Source of the DNA: Eledone cirrhosa
Lineage: Eukaryota
NCBI GenBank assembly: GCA_964016885.1
Contig: OZ024743.1
Coordinates: 25,420,001 to 25,484,000 of the forward strand
Length of the DNA: 64,000 nucleotides
Direction: 5' to 3'
The notes below the pieces were generated by a model. The model made no database searches. It saw nothing but the letters and a program-made list of their open reading frames with translations, and had not been told where the DNA came from. A program made the position numbers and the translations under genes. This document shows, in pieces, positions 22,951 to 36,200 of the stretch (within the stretch, counting starts at the first letter, position 1; each line of letters opens with the position of its first letter).

Positions 22951-25900
22951 GTGTTCGGACCTGGTGTAGTTGAGTGATGGGGAGCGTGAGAGAGATGGAG
23001 GCCTGACAGTGGGAGTTAGGCTCCTCTGTCTTCTGACCTGGTGTACTTGAGAGATGGGGAGGGTGAGAGAGATGGAGGCTTGACAGTGGGAGTGCGGCTC
23101 CTCTGTGTTCGGACCTGGTGTAGTTAAGAGATGGGGAGGGTGAGAAAGATTGGGGCTTGACAGTGGGAGTTCGGCTCCTATGTGTTCGGACCTGGTGTAG
23201 TTAAGAGATGGGGAGGGCGAGAGAGATGGAGGCTTGACAGTGGGCGTTCGGCTCCTCTGTGTTCGGACCTGGTGTAGTTGAGAGATACGGAGGCTGAGAG
23301 AGTTGGAGACTTGACAGTGGGAGTTCGGCTCCTCTGTGTTCGGACCTGGTGTAGTTAAGAGATGGGGAGGGTGAGAGAGATGGATGCTTGACAGTGGGAG
23401 TTGGGCTCCTCTGTGTTCGAACCTGATGTAGTTAAGAGATGGGGAGGGTGAGAGAGATGGATGCTTGACAGCGGGATTTCGGCTCCTCTGTGTTCGGACC
23501 AGGTGTAGTTAAGAGATGCGGAGGTTAGAGAGATGGAGGCTTGACAGTGGGAGTTCGGGTCCTATGTGTTCGGACCTGGTGTACTTGAGAAAAGGGGAGA
23601 GTGAGTGAGATTGGGGATTGACAGTGGGAGTTCGGCTCCTCTGTGTTAGGAGTTTGTGTAGGTAAGAGATGGGGCGGTTGAGGGAGATGGAGGCTTGACA
23701 GTGGGAGTTCGGCTCTTCTGTGTTCGGAACTGGTGTAGTTAAGAGATGAGAAGGGTGAGAGAGATGGAGGCTTGACAGTGGGTGTTAGGCTCTTCTGTGT
23801 TTGAACCTGGTGTAGTTAAGAGATGAGGAGGGTGAGAGAGATGGAGGCTTGACAGTGGGTGTTAGGCTCTTCTGTGTTTGGACCTGGTGTAGTTAAGAGA
23901 TGGGGAGGGTGAGAGAGATGGAGGCTTGACAGTGGGAGTTCGGCTCTTCTGTGTTCGGAACTGGTGTAGTTAAGAGATGAGGAGGGTGAGAGAGATGGAG
24001 GCTTGACAGTGGGAGTTCGGCTCCTCCGTGTTCGGACCTGGTGTACTTGAGAGATGGGGAGGGTGAGAGAGATTGGGGCTTGACAGTGGGAGTTTGGCTC
24101 CTCTGTGTTCGGACCTGGTGTACTTGAGAAAGGGGAGGGTGAGAGAGATTGGGGCTTGACAGTGGGAGTTTGGCTCCTCTGTGTTCGGACCTGGTGTAGT
24201 TAAGAGATGGGGAGTGTGAGAGAGATGGAGGCTTGACAGTGGGAGTTCGTCTCCTCTGTGTTCGGACCTGGTGTAGTTAATAGATGGGTAGGTGAGGGGT
24301 GAGAGAGATGGAGGCTTGACAGTGGGAGTTAGGCTCCTCTGTGTTTGGACCTGGTGTAGTTAAGAGATGGTGAGGGTGAGAGAGATGGAGGCTTGACAGT
24401 GGGAGTTAGGCTCCTCTGTGTTGGGAGCTGGTGTACTTGAGTGATAGGGAAGGCGAGAGAGATGGTGGCTTGACAGTGGGAGTTCGGCTCCTCTGTGTTC
24501 TGACCTGTTGTACTTGAGAGATGGGGAGGGTGAGAGAGATGGAGGCTTGACAGTGGGAGTTCGGCTCCTCTGTGTTCGGACCTGGTGTACTTGAGAGATG
24601 GGAAGTGTGAGAGAGATGGAGGCTTGACAGTGGGAGTTCGGCTCCTCTGTGTTCGGACCTGGTGTAGTTAAGAGATGGGGAGGGTGAGAGAGATGGAGGC
24701 TTGACAGTGGGAGTTCGGCTCCTCTGTGTTCGGACCTGGTGTAGTTAAGAGATGGGGAGTGTGAGAGAGATGGAGGCTTGACAGTGGGAGTTCGGCTCCT
24801 CTGTGTTCGGACCTGGTGTAGTTAAGAGATGGGGAGGGTGAGAGAGATGGAGGCTTGACAGTGGGAGTTCGGCTCCGCTGTGTTCGGACCTGGTGTAGTT
24901 AAGAGATGGGGAGTGTGAGAGAGATGGAGGCTTGACAGTGGGAGTTCGGCTCCTCTGTTTTCGGACCAGGTTTAGTTAAAAGATCGGGAAGGTGAGAGAG
25001 ATGGAGGTTTGACAGTGGAAGTTCGGCTCCTCTGTGTTCGGACCTGCTGTAGTTAAGAGATGGGGAGGGTGAGAGAGATGGAGTCTTGACAGTGGGAGTT
25101 CGGCTCCTCTGAGTTCGGACCTGGTGTAGTTAAGAGATGGGGAGGGTGAGAGAGATGGAGGTTTGACAGTGGGAGTTCGGCTCCTCTGTATTCGGACCTG
25201 GTGTAGTTAAGAGATGGGGAGGGTGAGAGAGATGGAGACTTGACAGTGGGAATTCGGCTCCTCTGTGTTCGGACCTGCTGTAGTTAAGAGATGGGGAGGG
25301 TGAGAGAGATGGAGGTTTGACAGTGGGTGTTCGGCTCCTCTGTGTTCGGACCTGGTGTAGTTAAGAGATGGGGAGGGTGAGAGAGATGGAGACTTGACAG
25401 TGGGAGTTCGGCTCCTCTGTGTTCGGACCTGGTGTAGTTAAGAGATGGGGAGGGTGAGAGAGATGGAGATTTAACAGTGGGAGTTCGGCTCCTCTGTGTT
25501 CGGACCTGGTGTAGTTAAGAGATGGGGAGGGTGAGAGAGATGGAGACTTGACAGTGGGAGTTCGGCTCCTCTGTGTTCGGACCTGGTGTAGTTAAGAGAT
25601 GGGGAGGGTGAGAGAGACGGAGCCTTGACACTGGTAGTTCGGCTCCTCTGTGTTCGGACCTGGTGTACTTGAGAGATAGGGAAGGCGAGAGAGATGGTGG
25701 CTTGACAGTGGGAGTTCGGCTCCTCTGTGTTTGGACCTGGTGTAGTTAAGAGATGGTGAGGGTGAGAGAGATGGAGGCTTGACAGTGGGAGTTAGGCTCC
25801 TCTGTGTTGGTACCTGGTGTACTTGAGAGATAGGGAAGGCGAGGGAGATGGTGGCTTGACAGTGGGAGTTCGGATACTCTGTGTTTGGACCTGGTGTAGT

Positions 25901-28900
25901 TAAGAGATGGGGAGGGTGAGAGAGATGGAGGCTTGACAGTGGGAGTTCGGCTCCTCTGTGTTCGGACCTGGTGTAATTGAGAGATAGGGAAGGCGAGAGA
26001 GATGGTGGCTTGACAGTGGGAGTTCGGCTCCTCTGTGTTTGGACCTGGTGTAGTTAAGAGATGGTGAGGGTGAGAGAGATGGGGGCTTGACAGTGGGAGT
26101 TAGGCTCCTCTGTGTTGGGAGCTGGTGTACTTGAGAGATAGGGAAGGCGAGAGAGATGGTGGCTTGACAGTGGGAGTTCGGCTCCTCTGTGTTCTGACCT
26201 GTTGTACTTGAGAGATGGGGAGGGTGAGAAAGATTGGGGCTTGACAGTGGGAGTTCGGCTCCTCTGTGTTCGGACCTGGTGTACTTGAGAGATGGGAAGG
26301 GCGAGAGAGATGGTGGCTTGACAGTGGGAGTGCGGCTCCTCTGTGTTCGGACCTGGCGTAGTTAAGAGATGGGGAGGGTGAGAGAGATTGGGGCTTGACA
26401 GTGCGAGTTTGGCTCCTCTGTGTTTGGACCTGGTGTACTTGAGAGATGGGGAGGGTGAGAGAGATGGAGGCTTGACAGTGGGAGTTTGGCTCCTCTGTGT
26501 TCGGACCTGGTGTAGTTAAGAGATGGGGAGGGTGAGAATGATTGGGGCTTGACAGTGGGAGTTCGGCTCCTCTGTGTTCGGACCTGGTGTACTTGAGAGA
26601 TGGGAAGTGCGAGAGAGATGGAGACTTGACAGTGGGAGTGCGGCTCCTCTGTGTTCGGACCTGGTGTAGTTAAGAGATGGGGAGGGTGAGAGAGATGGAG
26701 GCTTGACAGTGGGAGTTCGGCTCCTCTGTGTTCGGACCTGGTGTAGTTAAGAGATGGGGAGTGTGAGAGAGATGGAGGCTTGACAGTGGGAGTGCGGCTC
26801 CTCTGTGTTCGGACCTGGTGTAGTTAAGAGATGGGGAGGGTGAGAGAGATGGAGGCTTGACAGTGGGAGTTCGACTCCTCTGTGTTCGGACCTGGTGTAG
26901 TTAAGAGATGGGGAGTGTGAGAGAGATGGAGGCTTGACAGTGGGAGTTCGGCTCCTCTGTTTTCGGACCAGGTTTAGTTAAAAGATCGGGAAGGTGAGAG
27001 AGATGGAGGTTTGACAGTGGGAGTTCGGCTCCTCTGTGTTCGGACCTGCTGTAGTTAAGAGATGGGGAGGGTGAGAGAGATGGAGTCTTGACAGTGGGAG
27101 TTCGGCTCCTCTGAGTTCGGACCTGGTGTAGTTAAGAGATGGGGAGGGTGAGAGAGATGGAGGTTTGACAGTGGGAGTTCGGCTCCTCTGTATTCGGACC
27201 TGGTGTAGTTAAGAGATGGGGAGGGTGAGAGAGATGGAGACTTGACAGTGGGAATTCGGCTCCTCTGTGTTCGGACCTGCTGTAGTTAAGAGCTGGGGAG
27301 GGTGAGAGAGATGGAGGTTTGACAGTGGGAGTTCGGCTTCTCTGTGTTCGGACCTGGTGTAGTTAAGAGATGGGGAGGGTGAGAGAGATGGAGACTTGAC
27401 AGTGGGAGTTCGGCTCCTCTGTGTTCGGACCTGGTGTAGTTAAGAGATGGGGAGGGTGAGAGAGATGGAGGCTTGACAGTGGGAGTTCGGCTCCTCTGTG
27501 TTCGGATCTGGTGTAGTTAAGAGATGGGGAGGGTGAGAGAGATGGAGACTTGACAGTGGGAGTTCGGCTCCTCTGTGTTCGGACCTGGTGTAGTTAAGAG
27601 ATGGGGAGGGTGAGAGAGACGGAGCCTTGACAGTGGTAGTTCGGCTCCTCTGTGTTCGGACCTGGTGTACTTGAGAGATAGGGAAGGCGAGAGAGATGGT
27701 GGCTTGACAGTGGGAGATCGGCTCCTCTGTGTTTGGACCTGGTGTAGTTAAGAGATGGTGAGGGTGAGAGAGATGGAGGCTTGACAGTGGGAGTTAGGCT
27801 CCTCTGTGTTTGGACCTGGTGTACTTGAGAGATGGGGAGTGTGAGAGAGATTGGGGCTTGACAGTGGGAGTTTGGCTCCTCTGTGTTCGGACCTGGTGTA
27901 CTTGAGAGATGGGGAGGGTGAGAGAGATTGGGGCTTGACAGTGGGAATTTGGCTCCTCTGTGTTCGGACCTGGTGTACTTGAGAGATGGGGAGGGTGAGA
28001 GAGATTGGGGCTTGACAGTGGGAGTTTGGCTCCTCTGTGTTCGGACCTGGTGTAGTTAAGAGATGGGGAGGGTGAGAGAAATGGAGCCTTGACAGTGGGA
28101 GTTCGGCTCCTCTGTGTTCGGACCTGGTGTAGTTAAGAGATAGGGAGGGTGAGAGACATGGAGGCTTGACAGTGGGTGTTCGGCTCCTCTGTGTTCGGAC
28201 ATGGTGTACTTGAGAGATGGGGAGGGTGAGAGATATGTAGGCTTCACAGTGGGAGTGCGGCTCCTCTGTGTTCGGACCTGGTGTACTTGAGAGATGGGGA
28301 GGGTGAGAGAGATGGAGGCTTGACAGTGGGAGTTCTGGTTCCTCTGTGTTCGGACCTGGTGTACTTGAGAGATGGGGACTGTGAGAGAGATGGAGGCTTG
28401 ACAGTGGGATTTCGGCTCCTCTGTGTTCGGACCTGGCAGAATTAAGAGATGGAGAGGGTGAGAGAGATGGAGGCTTGACAGTGAAAATTCGGCTACTCTG
28501 TGTTCGGACCTGGTGTAGTTGAGTGATGGGGAGCGTGAGAGAGATGGAGGCCTGACAGTGGGAGTTAGGCTCCTCTGTCTTCTGACCTGGTGTACTTGAG
28601 AGATGGGGAGGGTGAGAGAGATGGAGGCTTGACAGTGGGAGTGCGGCTCCTCTGTGTTCGGACCTGGTGTAGTTAAGAGATGGGGAGGGTGAGAAAGATT
28701 GGGGCTTGACAGTGGGAGTTCGGCTCCTATGTGTTCGGACCTGGTGTAGTTAAGAGATGGGGAGGGCGAGAGAGATGGAGGCTTGACAGTGGGCGTTCGG
28801 CTCCTCTGTGTTCGGACCTGGTGTAGTTGAGAGATACGGAGGCTGAGAGAGTTGGAGACTTGACAGTGGGAGTTCGGCTCCTCTGTGTTCGGACCTGGTG

Positions 28901-31900
28901 TAGTTAAGAGATGGGGAGGGTGAGAGAGATGGATGCTTGACAGTGGGAGTTGGGCTCCTCTGTGTTCGAACCTGATGTAGTTAAGAGATGGGGAGGGTGA
29001 GAGAGATGGATGCTTGACAGCGGGATTTCGGCTCCTCTGTGTTCGGACCAGGTGTAGTTAAGAGATGCGGAGGTTAGAGAGATGGAGGCTTGACAGTGGG
29101 AGTTCGGGTCCTATGTGTTCGGACCTGGTGTACTTGAGAAAAGGGGAGAGTGAGTGAGATTGGGGATTGACAGTGGGAGTTCGGCTCCTCTGTGTTAGGA
29201 GTTTGTGTAGGTAAGAGATGGGGCGGTTGAGGGAGATGGAGGCTTGACAGTGGGAGTTCGGCTCTTCTGTGTTCGGAACTGGTGTAGTTAAGAGATGAGA
29301 AGGGTGAGAGAGATGGAGGCTTGACAGTGGGTGTTAGGCTCTTCTGTGTTTGAACCTGGTGTAGTTAAGAGATGAGGAGGGTGAGAGAGATGGAGGCTTG
29401 ACAGTGGGTGTTAGGCTCTTCTGTGTTTGGACCTGGTGTAGTTAAGAGATGGGGAGGGTGAGAGAGATGGAGGCTTGACAGTGGGAGTTCGGCTCTTCTG
29501 TGTTCGGAACTGGTGTAGTTAAGAGATGAGGAGGGTGAGAGAGATGGAGGCTTGACAGTGGGAGTTCGGCTCCTCCGTGTTCGGACCTGGTGTACTTGAG
29601 AGATGGGGAGGGTGAGAGAGATTGGGGCTTGACAGTGGGAGTTTGGCTCCTCTGTGTTCGGACCTGGTGTACTTGAGAAAGGGGAGGGTGAGAGAGATTG
29701 GGGCTTGACAGTGGGAGTTTGGCTCCTCTGTGTTCGGACCTGGTGTAGTTAAGAGATGGGGAGTGTGAGAGAGATGGAGGCTTGACAGTGGGAGTTCGTC
29801 TCCTCTGTGTTCGGACCTGGTGTAGTTAATAGATGGGTAGGTGAGGGGTGAGAGAGATGGAGGCTTGACAGTGGGAGTTAGGCTCCTCTGTGTTTGGACC
29901 TGGTGTAGTTAAGAGATGGTGAGGGTGAGAGAGATGGAGGCTTGACAGTGGGAGTTAGGCTCCTCTGTGTTGGGAGCTGGTGTACTTGAGTGATAGGGAA
30001 GGCGAGAGAGATGGTGGCTTGACAGTGGGAGTTCGGCTCCTCTGTGTTCTGACCTGTTGTACTTGAGAGATGGGGAGGGTGAGAGAGATGGAGGCTTGAC
30101 AGTGGGAGTGCGGCTCCTCTGTGTTCGGACCTGGTGTAGTTAAGAGATGGGGAGGGTGAGAAAGATTGGGGCTTGACAGTGGGAGTTCGGCTCCTCTGTG
30201 TTCGGACCTGGTGTACTTGAGAGATGGGAAGTGTGAGAGAGATGGAGGCTTGACAGTGGGAGTTCGGCTCCTCTGTGTTCGGACCTGGTGTAGTTAAGAG
30301 ATGGGGAGGGTGAGAGAGATGGAGGCTTGACAGTGGGAGTTCGGCTCCTCTGTGTTCGGACCTGGTGTAGTTAAGAGATGGGGAGTGTGAGAGAGATGGA
30401 GGCTTGACAGTGGGAGTTCGGCTCCTCTGTGTTCGGACCTGGTGTAGTTAAGAGATGGGGAGGGTGAGAGAGATGGAGGCTTGACAGTGGGAGTTCGGCT
30501 CCGCTGTGTTCGGACCTGGTGTAGTTAAGAGATGGGGAGTGTGAGAGAGATGGAGGCTTGACAGTGGGAGTTCGGCTCCTCTGTTTTCGGACCAGGTTTA
30601 GTTAAAAGATCGGGAAGGTGAGAGAGATGGAGGTTTGACAGTGGAAGTTCGGCTCCTCTGTGTTCGGACCTGCTGTAGTTAAGAGATGGGGAGGGTGAGA
30701 GAGATGGAGTCTTGACAGTGGGAGTTCGGCTCCTCTGAGTTCGGACCTGGTGTAGTTAAGAGATGGGGAGGGTGAGAGAGATGGAGGTTTGACAGTGGGA
30801 GTTCGGCTCCTCTGTATTCGGACCTGGTGTAGTTAAGAGATGGGGAGGGTGAGAGAGATGGAGACTTGACAGTGGGAATTCGGCTCCTCTGTGTTCGGAC
30901 CTGCTGTAGTTAAGAGATGGGGAGGGTGAGAGAGATGGAGGTTTGACAGTGGGTGTTCGGCTCCTCTGTGTTCGGACCTGGTGTAGTTAAGAGATGGGGA
31001 GGGTGAGAGAGATGGAGACTTGACAGTGGGAGTTCGGCTCCTCTGTGTTCGGACCTGGTGTAGTTAAGAGATGGGGAGGGTGAGAGAGATGGAGATTTAA
31101 CAGTGGGAGTTCGGCTCCTCTGTGTTCGGACCTGGTGTAGTTAAGAGATGGGGAGGGTGAGAGAGATGGAGACTTGACAGTGGGAGTTCGGCTCCTCTGT
31201 GTTCGGACCTGGTGTAGTTAAGAGATGGGGAGGGTGAGAGAGACGGAGCCTTGACACTGGTAGTTCGGCTCCTCTGTGTTCGGACCTGGTGTACTTGAGA
31301 GATAGGGAAGGCGAGAGAGATGGTGGCTTGACAGTGGGAGTTCGGCTCCTCTGTGTTTGGACCTGGTGTAGTTAAGAGATGGTGAGGGTGAGAGAGATGG
31401 AGGCTTGACAGTGGGAGTTAGGCTCCTCTGTGTTGGTACCTGGTGTACTTGAGAGATAGGGAAGGCGAGGGAGATGGTGGCTTGACAGTGGGAGTTCGGA
31501 TACTCTGTGTTTGGACCTGGTGTAGTTAAGAGATGGGGAGGGTGAGAGAGATGGAGGCTTGACAGTGGGAGTTCGGCTCCTCTGTGTTCGGACCTGGTGT
31601 AATTGAGAGATAGGGAAGGCGAGAGAGATGGTGGCTTGACAGTGGGAGTTCGGCTCCTCTGTGTTTGGACCTGGTGTAGTTAAGAGATGGTGAGGGTGAG
31701 AGAGATGGGGGCTTGACAGTGGGAGTTAGGCTCCTCTGTGTTGGGAGCTGGTGTACTTGAGAGATAGGGAAGGCGAGAGAGATGGTGGCTTGACAGTGGG
31801 AGTTCGGCTCCTCTGTGTTCTGACCTGTTGTACTTGAGAGATGGGGAGGGTGAGAAAGATTGGGGCTTGACAGTGGGAGTTCGGCTCCTCTGTGTTCGGA

Positions 31901-33280
31901 CCTGGTGTACTTGAGAGATGGGAAGGGCGAGAGAGATGGTGGCTTGACAGTGGGAGTGCGGCTCCTCTGTGTTCGGACCTGGCGTAGTTAAGAGATGGGG
32001 AGGGTGAGAGAGATTGGGGCTTGACAGTGCGAGTTTGGCTCCTCTGTGTTTGGACCTGGTGTACTTGAGAGATGGGGAGGGTGAGAGAGATGGAGGCTTG
32101 ACAGTGGGAGTTTGGCTCCTCTGTGTTCGGACCTGGTGTAGTTAAGAGATGGGGAGGGTGAGAAAGATTGGGGCTTGACAGTGGGAGTTCGGCTCCTCTG
32201 TGTTCGGACCTGGTGTACTTGAGAGATGGGAAGTGCGAGAGAGATGGAGACTTGACAGTGGGAGTGCGGCTCCTCTGTGTTCGGACCTGGTGTAGTTAAG
32301 AGATGGGGAGGGTGAGAGAGATGGAGGCTTGACAGTGGGAGTTCGGCTCCTCTGTGTTCGGACCTGGTGTAGTTAAGAGATGGGGAGTGTGAGAGAGATG
32401 GAGGCTTGACAGTGGGAGTTCGGCTCCTCTGTTTTCGGACCAGGTTTAGTTAAAAGATCGGGAAGGTGAGAGAGATGGAGGTTTGACAGTGGGAGTTCGG
32501 CTCCTCTGTGTTCGGACCTGCTGTAGTTAAGAGATGGGGAGGGTGAGAGAGATGGAGTCTTGACAGTGGGAGTTCGGCTCCTCTGAGTTCGGACCTGGTG
32601 TAGTTAAGAGATGGGGAGGGTGAGAGAGATGGAGGTTTGACAGTGGGAGTTCGGCTCCTCTGTATTCGGACCTGGTGTAGTTAAGAGATGGGGAGGGTGA
32701 GAGAGATGGAGACTTGACAGTGGGAATTCGGCTCCTCTGTGTTCGGACCTGCTGTAGTTAAGAGCTGGGGAGGGTGAGAGAGATGGAGGTTTGACAGTGG
32801 GAGTTCGGCTCCTCTGTGTTCGGACCTGGTGTAGTTAAGAGATGGGGAGGGTGAGAGAGATGGAGACTTGACAGTGGGAGTTCGGCTCCTCTGTGTTCGG
32901 ACCTGGTGTAGTTAAGAGATGGGGAGGGTGAGAGAGATGGAGATTTAACAGTGGGAGTTCGGCTCCTCTGTGTTCGGATCTGGTGTAGTTAAGAGATGGG
33001 GAGGGTGAGAGAGATGGAGACTTGACAGTGGGAGTTCGGCTCCTCTGTGTTCGGACCTGGTGTAGTTAAGAGATGGGGAGGGTGAGAGAGACGGAGCCTT
33101 GACAGTGGTAGTTCGGCTCCTCTGTGTTCGGACCTGGTGTACTTGAGAGATAGGGAAGGCGAGAGAGATGGTGGCTTGACAGTGGGAGATCGGCTCCTCT
33201 GTGTTTGGACCTGGTGTAGTTAAGAGATGGTGAGGGTGAGAGAGATGGAGGCTTGACAGTGGGAGTTAGGCTCCTCTGTG
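22250..33280. repeat. 72-monomer (5549 bp) tandem duplication, 2 near-identical copies, each with an internal 26-monomer (2002 bp) sub-repeat
   Basis: Identical 63-aa ORFs start at 22507 and 28056 (offset 5549 = 72x77+5, matching indels of +1, -1, -1, +6). CCGCTG at 24875/30501 and CGGATACT at 25871/31497 are offset 5626. AGCTGGGG at 27291/32763 is offset 5472. GGTTTAG at 24969 and 26971 is offset 2002. Confidence 0.93.
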
Positions 33281-36200
33281 TTTGTACCTGGTGTACTTGA
33301 GAGATAGGGAAGGCGAGGGATATGGTGGCTTGACAGTGGGAGTTCGGCTCCTCTGCGTTTGGACCTGGTGTAGTTAAGAGATGGGGAGGGTGAGAGAGAT
33401 GGAGGCTTGACAGTGGGAGTTCGGCTCCTCTGTGTTCGGACCAGGTGTAATTGAGAGATAGGGAAGGCGAGAGAGATGGTGGCTTGACAGTGGGAGTTCG
33501 GCTCCTCTGTGTTTGGACCTGGTGTAGTTAAGAGATGGTGAGGGTGAGAGAGATGGGGGCTTGACAGTGGGAGTTTGGCTCCTCTGTGTTTGGACCTGGT
33601 GTACTTGAGAGATGGGGAGGGTGAGAGAGATTGGGGCTTGACAGTGGGAGTTTGGCTCCTCTGTGTTCGGACCTGGTGTACTTGAGAGATGGGGAGGTTG
33701 AGAGAGATTGGGGCTTGACAGTGGGAGTTTGGCTCCTCTGTGTTCGGACCTGGTGTACTTGAGAGAAGGGGAGGGTGAGAGAGATGGAGGCTTGACAGTG
33801 GGATTTCGGCTCCTCTGTGTTCGGGCCTGGTGTAGTTAATAGATGGGTAGGTGGGGGGTGAGAGAGATGGAGGCTTGACAGTGGGAGTTAGGCTCCTCTG
33901 TGTTCGGACTTGGTGTAGTTAAGAGATAGGGAGGGTGAGAGAGATGGAGGCTTGACAGTGGGTGTTCGGCTCCTCTGTGTTCGGACATGGTGTACTTGAG
34001 AGATGGGGAGGGTGAGAGGTATGTAGGCTTCACAGTGGGAGTGCGGCTCCTCTGTGTTCAAACCTGGTGTACTTGAGAGATGGGGAGGGTAAGAAATATG
34101 TAGGCTTCACAGTGGGAGTGCGGCTCCTCTGTGTTCGGACCTGGTGTACTTGAGAGATGGGGAGGGTGAGAGAGATGGAGGCTTGACAGTGGGAGTTCTG
34201 GTTCCTCTGTGTTCGGACCTGGTGTACTTGAGAGATGGGGAGGGTGAGAGAGATGGAGACTTGACAGTGGGAGTTCGGCTCCTCTGAGTTCGGACCTGGT
34301 GTACTTGAGAGATGGGGACTGTGAGAGAGATGGAGGCTTGACAGTGGGAGTTCGGCTCCTCTGTGTTCGGACCTGGCAGAATTAAGAGATGGAGAGGGTG
34401 AGAGAGATGGAGGCTTGACAGTGGAAATTCGGCTGCTCTGTGTTCGGACCTGGTGTAGTTGAGTGATGGGGAGCGTGAGAGAGATAGAGGCATGAGAGTG
34501 GGAGTTCGGCTCCTCTGTGTTCGGACCTGGTGTAGTTAAGAGATGGCGAGGGTGAGAGAGATGGAGTCTTGACAGTGGGAGTTCGGCTCCTCTGCGTTCG
34601 GACCTGGTGTAGTTAAGAGATGGGGAGTGTGAGATAGATGGAGGTTTGACAGTGGGAGTTCGGCTACTCTGTGTTCGGACCTGGTATAGTTAAGAGATGC
34701 GGTGAGTGAGAGAGATGGAGGCTTGACAGTGGGAGTTCGGCTCCTCTATGTTCGGACCTGGTGTAGTTAAGAGATGGGGAGTGTGAAAGAGATGGAGGCT
34801 TGACAGTGGGAGTTCGGCTCCTCTGTGTTCGGACCTGGCGTAGTTAAGAGATGGGGAGTGTGAGAGAGATGGAGGCTTGACAGTGGGAGTTCGGCTCCTC
34901 TGTGTTCGGACCTGGTGTAGTTAAGAGATGGGGAGGGTGAGAGAGATGGAGGCTTGACAGTGGGAGTTCGGCTCCTCTGTGTTCGAACCTGGTGTAGTTA
35001 AGAGATAGGGAGTGTGAGAGAGATGGAGGCTTGACAGTGGGAGTTCGGCTCCTCTGTGTTCGGACCTGGTGTAGTTAAGAGATAGGGAGTGTGAGAGAGA
35101 TGGAGGCTTGACAGTGGGATTTCGGCTTCTCTGTGTTCGGACCTGGCAGAATTAAGAGATGGAGAGGGTGAGAGAGATGGAGGCTTGACAGTGGAAATTC
35201 GGCTACTCTGTGTTCGGACCTGGTGTAGTTGAGTGATGGGGAGCGTGAGAGAGATGGAAGCCTGACAGTCGGAGTTAGGCTCCTCTGTGTTCTGACCTGG
35301 TGTACTTGAGAGATGGGGAGGGTGAGAGAGATGGAGGCTTGACAGTGGGAGTGCGGCTCCTCTGTGTTCGGACCTGGTGTAGTTAAGAGATGGGGAGGGT
35401 GAGAAAGATTGGGGCTTGACAGTGGGAGTTCGGCTCCTATGTGTTCGGACCTGGTGTAGTTAAGAGATGGGGAGGGCGAGAGAGATGGAGGCTTGACAGT
35501 GGGCGTTCGGCTCCTCTGTGTTCGGACCTGGTGTAGTTGAGAGATAGGGAGGCTGAAAGAGTTGGAGACTTGACAGTGGGAGTTCGGCTCCTCTGTGTTC
35601 GGACCTGGTGTAGTTAAGAGATGGGGAGGGTGAGAGAGATGGAGGCTTGACAGTGGGAGTTCGGCACCTCTGTGTTCGGACCTGGTGTAGTTAAGAGATG
35701 GGGAGGTTGAGACAGATGGAGACTTGATAGTGGGAGTTCGGCTCTTCTGTGTTCGGACCTGGTGTAGTTAAGAGATGAGAAGGGTGAGAGAGATGGATGC
35801 TTGACAGTGGGAGTTGGGCTCCTCTGTGTTCGAACCTGATGTAGTTAAGAGATGGGGAGGGTGAGAGAGATGGATGCTTGACAGTGGGATTTCGGCTCCT
35901 CTGTGTTCGGACCTGCTGTAGTTAAGAGATGGGGAGGGTGAGAGAGATGGAGGTTTGACAGTGGGAGTTCGGCTCCTCTGGTTCGGACCTGGTGTAGTTA
36001 AGAGATGGGGAGGGTGAGAGAGATGGAGACTTGACAGTGGGAGTTCGGCTCCTCTGTGTTCGGACCTGGTGTAGTTAAGAGATGGGGAGGGTGAGAGAGA
36101 TGGAGATTTGACAGTGGGAGTTCGGCTCCTCTGTGTTCGGACTTGGTGTAGTTAAGAGATGGGGAGGGTGAGAGAGATGGAGACTTGACAGTGGGAGTTC

